Assembly: GCA_963837725.1 (NCBI GenBank)
Contig: CAWIOJ010000003.1
Coordinates: 283,570 to 347,569, forward strand
Source: an uncultured Thermoleophilia bacterium
GTDB lineage: Bacteria > Actinomycetota > Thermoleophilia > Miltoncostaeales > Miltoncostaeaceae
Direction of reading: 5' to 3'
DNA: 64,000 nucleotides
Part shown: one piece after another, positions 23,328 through 34,072 of the stretch
Numbering within the stretch: the first letter of the stretch is position 1
Layout of the letters: each line of letters opens with the position of its first letter
Notes under the pieces: model-generated
Databases searched by the model: none
The model's input: only the letters and a program-made list of their open reading frames with translations
Told to the model about the DNA's origin: nothing
Position numbers and translations under genes: made by a program

Positions 23328-25840
23328 GGGCGTCCGCGCGGGCCGCGATCGCGATCGCCGGCGCCGCCGCGCTCGCGGCCCCCGGCATCGCCGTGGCCGT
23401 CCCGACTCTCGAGGCGCCCCAGCCCGCCGGAGGCGGGTCCGCCCAGGCCCGCGAGGGCGCCCTCGACGCCGCCGCCGCGTGGCGCGACTCGCTCGAGGCC
23501 TTCCGCGCGCCGCTGCTGGCGACGCCCGGAGACACCGAGTCGGTGATCCTGGTGCTGAAGGACCCCCCCGCGGCGGACGCCGCCCCGGCCGACCGGGCCG
23601 GCGCCGCGGAGGCCATCAGCGCCTCGCAGCGGGAGCTCGAGCCCGTGCTCGCGAGCCTCGGCGCGTCGGTGACCTTCCGCTACCGCGTGCTGGTGGACGC
23701 CCTCGCCGTGCGCCTTCCCGCCGGGCGGCTCGAGGCCCTGGCAGCGCTCCCCGAGGTGAAGGCCGTGGTGCCGGTCACGTTCCTGGCTCCGGCCCAGGCC
23801 GGCGACGGGACGACGACGCCGGCGGGCGACGCGGCCGCGGCCGCCGCCCCGGCCGTCGCCGGCGGCGGGCCGGTGCACATCGCGCTGATCGACGCGGGCG
23901 TGGACGTCTCGCACCCGTGGCTGGGCGGAGGCATGGGGCCGACCTTCCCGATCATCGGTGGGGCAGACCTCGTGGACGGTGACGGCGACCCGGGATCGGG
24001 CGAGGCGGACCCCTCCGTCGAGGCCCATGGCACGCAGATGGCGGGCCTCGTGCTGCACTCGCCGGCGCTCGCGGGCCTCGCCCCGGCCGCGTTCCCGCGG
24101 ATGCTGGTGTACCGGGTGGTCGCCCCCGAGGCCGTCGGCGGCCGCGTGCGGCCCCTGGCCCGCAGCGACCGCGTGCTGGCGGCGCTCGAGCGCGCGGTTG
24201 ACCCCAACGGCGACGGCGACCCCTCGGACACCGCGCAGGTGATCCTGATCGGGCTCTCGGCCGGCCTCGACGCGGCGGGCACCGACCCGGTCGCGGCCGC
24301 CGCGGCGGAGGCCGACCGGGTGGGCGCGACCGTCGTGGCCCCGGCCGGCAACGACGGACCCACGTTCTCGCGCCCGGGCTCCGTCGGCGGCCTCGCGGCG
24401 CGCCCGACGGTGATCGCGGTCGGCGGCGCGTCGGCCCCGGAGGGCCCCCGCACGGCCGATCTCGACGCGCGCCTCGGGCCCGCGGGCGCCCGGCTCGGAC
24501 CGCTGCCCCTGCTGGGCCCGGACCCCGCGCCGACGGCCCTGCCGATCGTCGTCCTGCGCGACGACGCCGGCGTGTCGGCGGGCACCGAGGACGCCCAGTT
24601 CCGCACCGCCGACGGCGTGAGCCTGGTGGCCGGCGCGCTGGTGGTGATCGCACGCGGCGGCGCGCCGATCAGCGAGGTGGCCGCCCGCGCGGCGGCGGCG
24701 GGGGCCGGCGCGGTGGCGCTGTGGGACGAGGCCGGCGGCGCGAGCTTCCCCGCGATCCCGGGCGATTCGGGCCTGGCCCTGCCGGTCGTCGGGCTGGGCG
24801 CCAGCCAGGGCGCCGCGCTGGTGCGGCTCGCCCAGAGCGCGCCGGGGCTCGCGGTCACCCTCACCCCCCGGGGCGTGAGCGCCGCGCCCGTCGGTGTGGC
24901 CTCGTTCTCGTCGTCCGGCCCCACCGTGGACGGGCGCCAGAAGCCCGACCTGATCGCGCCGGCGGTGGACATCGAGACCGCGTGGCCCGGCCGCGCAGCC
25001 GACGGCACCGCCCAGGTGGCCCCCTTCACCGGCACCAGCGCCGCGGCGGCGGAGGTGGCCGCCCTCGCCGTGCGCCTGCGCGTCGACCGGCCCGAACTGG
25101 GTCCGCGCGGTGTGCAGAGCCTCCTCGTGCAGGGCGCCCAGCCGCTCGCCGGCGTGCCGATCGCGCGTCAGGGCGCCGGAATGGTGGCGAGCAGCGCCCC
25201 GGCGGACGCCTCGCTGCGCATCGAGCCGGCGATCGTCGCCACCACGACCCGCAAGGGCGCGGTGTCGGCGGCGGTCGTGCTCCACGACCTGGGCGGGGCC
25301 CCGGGGCGCTACACCGTCTCGCTGCGCACCGGCTCCCTCGACACCGTCGTCGACGGGCGCGTGACGGTGAGGCGCGGGCGCGACACCCCGGTCGCGCTGA
25401 CCCTCCCGCGCGGGGGTGAGGGCGAGCTGGTGGTGCGCGACGAGCAGGGGTCGGAGGTCGCCCACGCGCCGGTGGTGCCCTCGCAGCCCGCCGCGACCCC
25501 CGCCGGAGCCCTCGGCCGCCCCGAGGTGACCGTCGGCCCGCGGTTCGCCGAGGTCCGCGTACGGCTGGGCGCCCTGCGCCGCGCCGACGCACGTCTCAGC
25601 AACGTCAAGCTGCACGGACTGCGCCTGGAGCTGGTCCCCGTGGGCGGCGGCGCGGCGCTGCCGGTGGCGGGGGAGAAGCAGTCGGCCGCCTGGGCGGCGG
25701 GGACCTACCGGTTCCTGGTGGCCCGTCGCCTCGCGTCCGGACTGCAGGCCCCCGCGGGCCGGTATCGCCTGCGCGCGCGGGCCGTCGGACCCGGCGGAAC
25801 GGCGCTCATCAGCACCAGCGAATCTTTCAGACTGCGCTGA
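23324..25840 (+). CDS. Secreted S8 subtilisin-like protease with PA insert (Vpr-like)
   Basis: Signal peptide; IALIDAGVDVSHPWL (Asp), HGTQMAG (His), AGNDG oxyanion motif, SFSSSGP..KPDLIAP, GTSAAA (Ser). Confidence 0.8.
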   Translation: MRASARAAIAIAGAAALAAPGIAVAVPTLEAPQPAGGGSAQAREGALDAAAAWRDSLEAFRAPLLATPGDTESVILVLKDPPAADAAPADRAGAAEAISASQRELEPVLASLGASVTFRYRVLVDALAVRLPAGRLEALAALPEVKAVVPVTFLAPAQAGDGTTTPAGDAAAAAAPAVAGGGPVHIALIDAGVDVSHPWLGGGMGPTFPIIGGADLVDGDGDPGSGEADPSVEAHGTQMAGLVLHSPALAGLAPAAFPRMLVYRVVAPEAVGGRVRPLARSDRVLAALERAVDPNGDGDPSDTAQVILIGLSAGLDAAGTDPVAAAAAEADRVGATVVAPAGNDGPTFSRPGSVGGLAARPTVIAVGGASAPEGPRTADLDARLGPAGARLGPLPLLGPDPAPTALPIVVLRDDAGVSAGTEDAQFRTADGVSLVAGALVVIARGGAPISEVAARAAAAGAGAVALWDEAGGASFPAIPGDSGLALPVVGLGASQGAALVRLAQSAPGLAVTLTPRGVSAAPVGVASFSSSGPTVDGRQKPDLIAPAVDIETAWPGRAADGTAQVAPFTGTSAAAAEVAALAVRLRVDRPELGPRGVQSLLVQGAQPLAGVPIARQGAGMVASSAPADASLRIEPAIVATTTRKGAVSAAVVLHDLGGAPGRYTVSLRTGSLDTVVDGRVTVRRGRDTPVALTLPRGGEGELVVRDEQGSEVAHAPVVPSQPAATPAGALGRPEVTVGPRFAEVRVRLGALRRADARLSNVKLHGLRLELVPVGGGAALPVAGEKQSAAWAAGTYRFLVARRLASGLQAPAGRYRLRARAVGPGGTALISTSESFRLR

Positions 25841-25895
25841 GATCGTCACGATCGTTGCATCGTGACCTTGCGGTGCCCCCTCCCGAGGTCGTAAC

Positions 25896-25913
25896 TTGAC
25901 CAACGTGTCACAA
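25896..25913 (+). promoter_or_regulatory. Possible degenerate Rex operator
   Basis: TTGACCAACGTGTCACAA versus consensus TTGTGAA-N4-TTCACAA (10/14 match), immediately upstream of rex. Confidence 0.3.
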
Positions 25914-25938
25914 AGTCACGGCGAGGAGATCTGCTCCA

Positions 25939-26562
25939 ATGGCGACTGACCGCCTCACTCTCGGGGTCGCGGCGCGGCTCTCACGGTATCTGCAGGTTCT
26001 CACCCAGTCGAAGAAGATGGGTAAGAGCAGCATCTCCTCGCAGGCCATCTCCGAGTACACGAACGTCAACCCGACCCAGATCCGCCGCGATCTCTCCGGG
26101 TTCGGCAAGTTCGGCAAGCGGGGGGTCGGCTACGACATCGACTCCCTGATCGAGCAGATCCGCAAGATCCTGCGGACCTCGGGCCAGCACAACATCGCGC
26201 TGTTCGGCGCCGGCAACCTCGGCCAGGCGATCGCCAACGCCGGCGTCTTCGCCGACCACGGCTTCCGCATCTCCGCGATCTTCGACGTCGATCCCGAGCG
26301 GGTCGGCACCACGCTCGGCGACATCCCGGTGCGCCACTACCGCGACCTCCAGGAGGTCGTGAGCCGCGACGGCGTGATGGTCGGCGTGCTGGCCGTGCCC
26401 GGCAGCGCCGCTCAGGAGGTGGCCGACGACCTCGTCGCCGCCGGGGTGAAGATCATCTTCAACTACTCCGACGCGCTCCTCACCGTCCCGTCAGATGTCA
26501 CCGTTCACACGTCGAGCCCTGCCGTCGAGCTGCTCTACGCGCTCTACTTCTACCTGTCGTGA
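25939..26562 (+). CDS. rex: Redox-sensing transcriptional repressor Rex
   Basis: RLSRYL, QIRRDLSGFGKFGKRGVGY, GAGNLGQA. Confidence 0.95.
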   Translation: MATDRLTLGVAARLSRYLQVLTQSKKMGKSSISSQAISEYTNVNPTQIRRDLSGFGKFGKRGVGYDIDSLIEQIRKILRTSGQHNIALFGAGNLGQAIANAGVFADHGFRISAIFDVDPERVGTTLGDIPVRHYRDLQEVVSRDGVMVGVLAVPGSAAQEVADDLVAAGVKIIFNYSDALLTVPSDVTVHTSSPAVELLYALYFYLS

Positions 26563-26602
26563 AGCACCACCGATCGCCGCGTCCCGGGAGGGCTGAGGGC
26601 GA

Positions 26603-28051
26603 GTGAGCGCGGGTTACGCACTGGCAGCGGCCGTCGGGGACATGCCGTCCCAGCTCCTCCCCGCGCGCAGCCAGATGGCGTTCACGCTCGGGTTCCACAT
26701 CATCCTGGTGCCCCTGGGGGTGGTGTTCCCGCTCCTGATGGTGATCGCGAACTACCTCGGTCTGCGCCGCGACGACGCCGACTACATGATGCTGGCGAAG
26801 CGGTGGTCGAAGGTCGCCGCCGTCACGTTCGCGGTCGGCGCCGTCACCGGGACGGTCCTGAGCTTCGAGTTCGGGATGCTGTGGCCGGGGATGTTCGACC
26901 GCTTCGGCGACGTCATCGGCATCGCGTTCGCGCTCGAGGGGATCTTCTTCTTCCTCGAGGCGATCTTCATCGCGATCTACATCTTCGGATGGACGCGCCT
27001 CGGCCCCTGGGCAGCACTTCTGGACCGGCGTGCCGATCCCGTTCTGCGGGCTTCGGCGGGGCGTTCATGGTGCTCTCGGCCAACGGCTGGATGAACCAGC
27101 CCGGCGGGTTCGAGATGGACGCGGCGGGCAACGTGACCAGCGTCAATCTCTGGTACGGTCATCTTCAACAACGCGCTGCCGTACACGTTCGCCCACATGT
27201 ACGTCGCGACGTTCATCTGCGCCGGCTTCCTGGTGGCGTCGGTCTACGCCGTCGGGATGCTGCGCGGGCGGCGCGACCGCTACCACCGGCTCGGCTTCCT
27301 GCTGCCGTTCACGGTGGCCGCCATCGCGATGCCGATCCAGATGTTCGTGGGCGACGTCGTCGCGCGGGCGATCTACCAGGACCAGCCGATCAAGTTCGCC
27401 GCCCTCGAGCTGAACTGCGAGCACCGGGCCCGACAAGCCCGAGATCCTGCTCGGCCACCTCAACTCCGACGGCACGGTGAGCGGTGGCTTCGAGATCCCC
27501 GGCCTCGCCTCGATCCTGAGCGATCCGGCGCACGGGGACCTCGACCGTCGTGCAGGGGCTCGACTCGGTCCCGGCGGAGAACCGGCCGACGATCGCCGCG
27601 ACCAACATCGTCCACCTGGCCTGGGACATGATGGTGGGCCTGGGCACCGCGCTCACCTTCCTGGCGCTCTGGTTCGCCGTCCTGTGGTGGCGCCGCCGCA
27701 AGGACATCGTCAACAGCACATGGTTCCTGCGCGCCGCCGCGCTCGCACCGATCGCCGCCTACCTGTGCCTCGAGGCCGGCTGGGTGGTCACCGAGGTCGG
27801 CCGCCAGCCCTGGATCGTCTACGAGATCATGCGCACCGAGGATGCGGTCACCAACGCGCCCGCCGGCCTGGTGTGGACGTTCTTCACCGCGATCCTCGTG
27901 CTCTACACCGCCCTCGCCGTCGCCGCGATCCTGGTGATACGCGGCATGACCAAGCGCTGGCGCAGCGGTGACGTGAGCGATTCGGATGTCCCGTACGGCC
28001 CCTCGGGGGGCGTGCCGCCGCCGGTGCCCGACCCGAGCGCGACGCCGATGA
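26603..28051 (+). CDS. cydA: Cytochrome bd oxidase subunit I (several frameshifts)
   Basis: ARSQMAFTLGFHII, GAVTGTVLSFEFG, EGIFFFLEAIF, QPIKFAALE, EAGWVVTEVGRQPW. Confidence 0.92.
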
Positions 28052-29056
28052 GCGCCGCCGACGGATGCATCCTGGTGCTCGGCGTGGGCGTGCTGCTGTA
28101 CGCCCTGCTGGGCGGCGCCGACTTCGGCGCCGGGTTCTGGGATCTGACCGCGGGCGGGGCCAAGCGCGGCGAGCGCCCGCGGGCCCTGATCGACCGCTCG
28201 ATCGGGCCGGTCTGGGAGGCCAACCACGTCTGGCTGATCTTCTGCGTGGTGGTGCTCTGGACGGCCTTCCCGCCGGCCTACTCGGCCGTCTTCTCGACGA
28301 TGGTGATCCCGCTGACCCTGCGCCGCGCTGGGCATCGTGCTGCGCGGCTCGGGCTTCGCCTTCCGCAAGGTCTCCACGCGGCTCGGCGTACGCCGCGTGT
28401 ACGGCGCCACCTTCGCGTTCGCGTCCGTGCTGACGCCCTTCTTCCTCGGCGCGGTGCTCGGGGGCATCGCCTCAGGGCGCGTGCCGCCGGGCAACGAGGA
28501 GGGCGAGCCTCTGGACCAGCTGGTTCAACCCGAGCGGCATCGCCGTCGGCGCGCTGTCGGTCGCCGTCTGCGCCTACCTCGCGGCCGTCTACATGATCGT
28601 GGACGCCCGCCACCTGGGCGACGCCGCGCTCGAGCGGTACTTCACCCTGCGCGCGATCGGCGCAGGGGTGGTCACCGGAATCCTCGCGGTGGTCGGGATC
28701 CTCGTCCTGCGCTCCGACGCGACGCGGACCTACGATCGCCTCATCCACGAGGCGCTCCCGCTGGTGCTGATCTCGGCCGTCTGCGGCATCGCGGTGATCG
28801 TGCATGCTCGCCATGGGCCGGCCCCGCGGCACCCGGCATCCTCGCCGCCGTCACCGTCGCCGCCGTGATCGGGGCGTGGGGGGTGGCCCAGTGGCCCTAC
28901 ATGCTCCCGGAGAGCCTCACCGTCGACCAGGCCGCGGGCGACTCGACCACCCTGGTGTGGGTGATGGTGGTCTTCATCATCGCCATCGTCCTCGTGATCC
29001 CCTCGATCTTCCTGCTCTTCCTGCTCGACCAGAAGAGCCGGCTCGAAGAGGGGTAG
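28048..29056 (+). CDS. cydB: Cytochrome bd oxidase subunit II (frameshifts)
   Basis: YALLGGADFGAGFWD, IGPVWEANHVWLI, LRGSGFAFR. Confidence 0.9.
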
Positions 29057-29082
29057 CCGGCGCGGCCGAGAGGCGTCCGGCC

Positions 29083-29132
29083 GGGGGTCGCGCCAAGTGG
29101 CGCCGCCGCCCGACGCCAATTGGCGCGCGGCC
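29083..29132. repeat. Double-palindrome intergenic repeat, copy A
   Basis: CGCCAAGTGGCG (29091) + 11 nt + CGCCAATTGGCG (29114). Confidence 0.7.
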
Positions 29133-29898
29133 TACATACCCGGGGCTCTGCATCATGATCGCGCCGTCCGCGAAGACCGTGGTGCCGGTCATGTAGCCGG
29201 CGCCCGGACCGGCCAGGAACGCCACCACCGAGCCGATCTCGACCGGCTGGGCCATCCGCCCGAGCGGGATGTAGGCGTTGAGCTTCTCCTGCGACGCGGG
29301 GTCCATCTCCACCAGGTTGATCGGCGTCGCCACCGCGCCCGGTCCGACGCCGACCACGCGGACGCCGTGCGGCGCCAGCTCCACCCCGGCCGTGCGGGTC
29401 AGCATGCGCATGCCGCCCTTCGACAGGCAGTAGGGCGTGTTGCCCGGCATCGGCCAGTCCTCGTGGACCGAGGAGATGTTGATCACGACCCCGCCGTCGC
29501 CCTGGGCGACCATCTGCTTGGCGGCGATCTGCGTGCCGAAGAAGGCGCTCTTGAGGTTGATCGCGATCACCTTGTCGAAGTCCGACTCGGTGCTGTCGAG
29601 GATGCCGGTGCGCGTCTCGATGCCGGCGTTGTTGACCATGATGTCCACGCGCCCGAAGGCGTCGACCGCCGCGTCGATCAGGCTTCTGTAGGTCGGCGAC
29701 CTTGCTCACGTCGGCCTCGACGCCGATCGCGCGGTCGCCGAGAGCGACGACCTGCTGCTCCAGCGCCTCGGTGGCCTCCGGGTGCGAGACGTAGTCGATG
29801 ACGACGTTCGCGCCCTCGGCGGCCAGCGCGAGCACGATGGCCTTGCCGATGCCGCTGTTGCCGCCGGTGACGATGGCGCACTTGCCGGTGAGGCTCAT
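29132..29898 (-). CDS. SDR oxidoreductase, glucose 1-dehydrogenase-like (frameshifts)
   Basis: VTGGNSGIG, VNNAGIE, NISSVHE..PMPGNTPYCLSKGG, VGPGAVATPIN. Confidence 0.88.
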
Positions 29899-29934
29899 CT
29901 GCGCGACTCCTTGGTTGGTTGGAAGGTCGTGAGG

Positions 29935-31183
29935 TCAGAAGTGGGGCCGCGGGTGCAGTGACGGCGGGCTCGGGCCGTCGCCCGGCGACGACGAACGAGA
30001 GCGGCCCATGGCGGCGGCCACGACGGCCGTGAACCCGAGGATCGCGGCCAGGTCGACGCCGGCGGCCTGAATCGGGCCGACGCCGAACGCCGCGATGCCG
30101 TACCCGAGTTGGTAGAAGGCGATGACGCCGCCCGCGAGCGACGCCGAGAACGCCGTCAGCTCGGCCTGTCCGAAGCTGATCGTGAGCGGCAGGAGCGCCG
30201 AGCAGCCGAGGCCAGCGAGCCCGAAACTGAGGACCCCGAGCGCGGGAGCGTCGTCGGGCAGCAGGCCGATGGCCACGAAGGCCACGACCAGGACGAACGG
30301 GCAGCAGGTGGTAGGCGCGGCGGGCGGGGAAACGGCGCTGGACGACGGCGAAGAACACCCGGCCGACGGTCACCATGCCCCAGAAGGCGGTCAGGGCGAG
30401 GGATGCCTCCGTTGCCGAGGCGCCCAGCGAGGTCATGTCGAGCTGGGCCCAGTTGCCGTTCATGGTCTCGCAGATGCCGTAGAGCAGGGCGAAGGCGGCG
30501 TAGATCCAGAAGCGCCGTCGGGATTCCCGGAGGCCGGCGCGGACGCGGCGCCCGCCGCGGCCACCGGAGCCGGGTCGGTGCGCAGCGGCAGCCGCAGGCT
30601 CACCCCCAGCACGATCACCAGCAGGGCGGTGGCCAGCACCGGAAGGCCCCACCAGAAGCCCAGCCCAACGAAGATGGCGACGAACACCGGCGCGAGCGCC
30701 GTGCCCGCGCCGAGCAGCGCGTTGAGTACCAGGATCGACGTGTCGACCGACGCGGGGTGGAAGGCGGCGGTCAGGGTGTTGACCGCCGGCACGGTGAGCC
30801 CGAAGCCGACGCCGAGGCTCGCGGTGGCCAGCAGCAGCAGCAGGTAGGCGAGCGGCTCCTGGCTCTCTACCAGGCTGCTCACCAGCAGCAGCAGCATCGA
30901 CACGATTCCCGCGCCCAGCCCGAACAGGAACACCCTGCGCGGCCCCGCCCGGCGCGACCAGGCGGCCCCGAGCAGCGACGCCGCGATCGCGGTGATCGCC
31001 TGGGGCACGAACATCGCGCCGTAGGCGGTCGCCGACAGGTCGTACTCGTCCGGGCTCGGTGAAGATCGCGCTGGCGGCGGGGAAGGTGACCAGCGCGAGC
31101 CCCTGTACCAGCCCGGCGGCGTAGACGACGGTGGATTCGGCCCTACTCGCGATCGCGCCGTCCCCCGGGAGCCTCGAGCGCGG
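29935..31183 (-). CDS. MFS transporter (frameshifts; start uncertain)
   Basis: Multiple TM segments; LNALLGAGTALAP, LYGICETMNGNW, AFWGMVTVGR. Confidence 0.8.
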
Positions 31184-32737
31184 CTATGCCAGCCGCTCCG
31201 ACAGGTGCTCGCCCACGCGGATCGCATTCGCGATCGCGGTGAGCGCGGGGTTCACTGCCCCGATGCTCGGGAAGAAGCTCGTGTTGACCACGTAGAGGTT
31301 GTCCAGTTCGTGGGCCTTGCAGTTGACGTCCAGCACCGAGGTGGCGGGGTCGGTGCCGAAGCGGCAGGTGCCGGCCTGGTGGCCGACGCCGGCGATCCCG
31401 ATGTCCTGCTTGAGGTAGTAGTTCTTGTCGCGGATGTGGTGCTCGGCCATCCCGACGTGGTTGAGGATCTTCGTGAGCTCGTGGTAGAGCCGGTCGGCCG
31501 ACCGGTCGTTGGTGGAGCGGTAGGCCAGGTGGATCGCCCCGCGGTCGTCCACCGTGACGCGGTTCTCCGGAAGGGGCAGGTCCTCGGTGGTGAGCCAGAA
31601 GTCCACGGCGTGGTCGGCGACCTCATCCAGGCTGAAGCTCGGCGCCAGCCGGGTCATCGCCGGTCGCTCGCCGCGGTACATGTCCGGCTGGGACTTGCCC
31701 ACCATCTGGATGTTGCCCATCGGGAACTCGTAGTCGTCGCTGCCGAAGTAGAAGTCGTTGAGTCCCAGGGTCTTCTGGTAGAGCGTGTCGTTGGGCTCCT
31801 TCGAGAGCGCGACGATCGCCCGGCTGTTGTGGAACATGTAGTTGCGGCCGACCTGGTCGGACCCGTTGGCCAGCCCGTTGGGGTGCGTGTCGTTGGCCGA
31901 CGTGAGCAGGATCTTGGCCGTGTTGGACGCGCCGGCCGACAGGGCGACCACGTCGGCCTCGTAGGTCTCCAGCGAGCCGTTGCGGGACACGACCACCCCG
32001 GTCACCGAGCGCCCGGAGGCGTCGGTCTCCAGCCGCACCACCTCCGCGTTGACCAGCAGCGTCACGTTGTCGCGCTCGAGGAGGGGCCGCACGGTCATCG
32101 TCTCGGCGTCCGACTTGGCGTGCACCAGACAGGGATAGCCGTCGCACCACGTGCAGCGGATGCAGGCGCTCCGCGCGCGGTCGTCCTCGTCGAGCAGGAT
32201 GCCGCAGGGGGAGTGGAAGGGGTGGTACCCGTGTCCCTGCAGGTCGTCGAAGATCCGCTGGATGCGGGGCTCGTGCGAGACGGCGGGGTGGGGGTACTGC
32301 CGGCTCCAGTGGCCCTCGGTGGGGTCCTCGCCGTGGGCGCCGCGCACCTGGTACAGCCACTCGGCCTTGGAGTAGTAGGGCTCGAGCTCGTCGTAGGTCA
32401 ACGGCCACGCCGGCGATACGCCGTCAACGTGGTTCAGCTCCCCGAGGTCCTGCGGCCGCATCCGGTAGAGCGCGGCGCCGTAGAGCTTGGTGGCGCCGCC
32501 GACGTAGTAGTGCACCTGCGGCTGGAAGGGGCGGTCGTCGGCGTCGAACCACGTCTCGGGGGAGATGTAGCGGTTCTTCTCGAACACCTCCGCGACGTTC
32601 CAGTTCTCCATCTCGCGGGGCAGGAAGTCGCCGCGCTCCAGCAGCAGGATCCGCTTGCCGGTGGGGGCCAGGGTGTAGGCGAGGGCGCCGCCCCCGGCGC
32701 CGCTGCCGACGATGATCGCGTCGTAGCGCTCAGCCAC
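31184..32737 (-). CDS. GMC family oxidoreductase
   Basis: YDAIIVGSGAGG, VGGATKLYGA, HQAGTCRFG, NPALTAIANA. Confidence 0.92.
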   Translation of the reverse strand: MAERYDAIIVGSGAGGGALAYTLAPTGKRILLLERGDFLPREMENWNVAEVFEKNRYISPETWFDADDRPFQPQVHYYVGGATKLYGAALYRMRPQDLGELNHVDGVSPAWPLTYDELEPYYSKAEWLYQVRGAHGEDPTEGHWSRQYPHPAVSHEPRIQRIFDDLQGHGYHPFHSPCGILLDEDDRARSACIRCTWCDGYPCLVHAKSDAETMTVRPLLERDNVTLLVNAEVVRLETDASGRSVTGVVVSRNGSLETYEADVVALSAGASNTAKILLTSANDTHPNGLANGSDQVGRNYMFHNSRAIVALSKEPNDTLYQKTLGLNDFYFGSDDYEFPMGNIQMVGKSQPDMYRGERPAMTRLAPSFSLDEVADHAVDFWLTTEDLPLPENRVTVDDRGAIHLAYRSTNDRSADRLYHELTKILNHVGMAEHHIRDKNYYLKQDIGIAGVGHQAGTCRFGTDPATSVLDVNCKAHELDNLYVVNTSFFPSIGAVNPALTAIANAIRVGEHLSERLA

Positions 32738-34072
32738 TGTTGGCCTCCTTCGTGGTCGTCGGGTCGTACGCCTCGCCGCGCCAGTCGATGCGCGGGGTGT
32801 CGCTGCGGTCGAGGGGCTGGGAGGCCCGGCTCGTCGAGAAGTAGTCCCAGGCCCAGTCCATGAAGGCGTCGACCCGGGGCCGCACCCCGGTCATCAGGGT
32901 GGCGTGCACCCCGAGCCACATCAGGAAGGCCACCGTGCCGTCCACCTCGTGGCGGCCCTTGCCGACCTCGGCGACGGCCGAGTTGTGGCCGATCATCGCC
33001 ATGATCCCCTTGTCCTTGTACCGGAAGGGCCTCGGCGCCTTGCCGTGATCGCCTGGCGAGGATGTTCTTCGCCGTCCACTGGCCCGACTGGAGGGCCACG
33101 GAGCCCGAGCTGGGGCAGGGGGGCCCCGTCGGGCCCGGCGATGTTGGCGAGGTCGCCCGAGCACGTAGACGCCCGGGAACCCCGTCGACGGTGAGGTCCG
33201 GGGGCGACGTCCACGCGGCCGCCGTGGCCGGTGGGCAGCCCGCTCTGCCTCGGCCAGCGGGGAGGCCGCGATGCCGCCGCCCCAGATCACGGTGCGGGTG
33301 GCGATGCGCGAGCCGTCCGAGAGCGTCGCGTGGCCGGGTCCGACCTCCTTCACCCCCGTCTTGAGACGGATGTCCACGCCGCGGCCCTCCAGCACGCCGG
33401 CGCGGCGTAGGCGTGGGCATGCTCCGAGAAGGGCCCCAGCACCGCGCCGCCGTGGTCCACCATCACGACCCTGCGCCGCGGAGATGTCGAGGTCCGGGTA
33501 CTCGATCGGCATGGTGTGCGCGATCATCTCCGCGAGGGCCCCGGCGATCTCGGTGCCGGTCGCGCCCGCTCCGACCACGACGAAGGTCAGGGCGCCCTCG
33601 TCGACCAGCGACGGGTCGCGCGTTGGCCGCGTCGAACACGTCGATGATCTGCGTCGCGCAGCCGGCTCGGCGTGCTCGATGGTGTAGAGCGGGAACGAGT
33701 GCTCGGCGGCGCCGGGCGTCGTCGAAGAACCGGGCGCGCGAGCCGGCCGCGAGCACCAGCGCGTCGCCCGAGAAGCGCTGCGCCCGTCGCTCGTCGTGAC
33801 CGTGCGGGTCGCCCGGTCCACCGCGTCCACCTCGGCGACGACCACCTCCACGTTGGGGTGGGAGTGGAACAGCTCGTGCAGCGAGAAGGCGACGTCGGCG
33901 CGCGCGAGCTGGCTAGGTGGCCACCTGGTACAGCAGGGGCTGGAACTGGTGGTAGTCGTTGCGGTCGATGAGGGTGACGTGCACGTCCTTGTGCTTCGCC
34001 AGGGCGCCGCGCGCAGCCCAGCCCGGCGAAGCCCGCGCCCACGATCACCACCTGCGCGTCCGCTGCGCTCAC
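32730..34072 (-). CDS. ndh: Type II NADH dehydrogenase-like FAD oxidoreductase (frameshifts)
   Basis: [51 protein letters not shown]. Confidence 0.85.

Noticed and set aside
27550-28596. Apparent CydA-CydB fusion
   Set aside because: ATGA at 28048-28051 is the standard stop/start overlap; one indel in a heavily frameshifted gene explains the read-through.
29083-29132. Repeat-spacer-repeat unit as a mini-CRISPR
   Set aside because: Repeats (12 bp) and spacer (11 bp) are too short, there are only two units per locus, and no cas genes are present.
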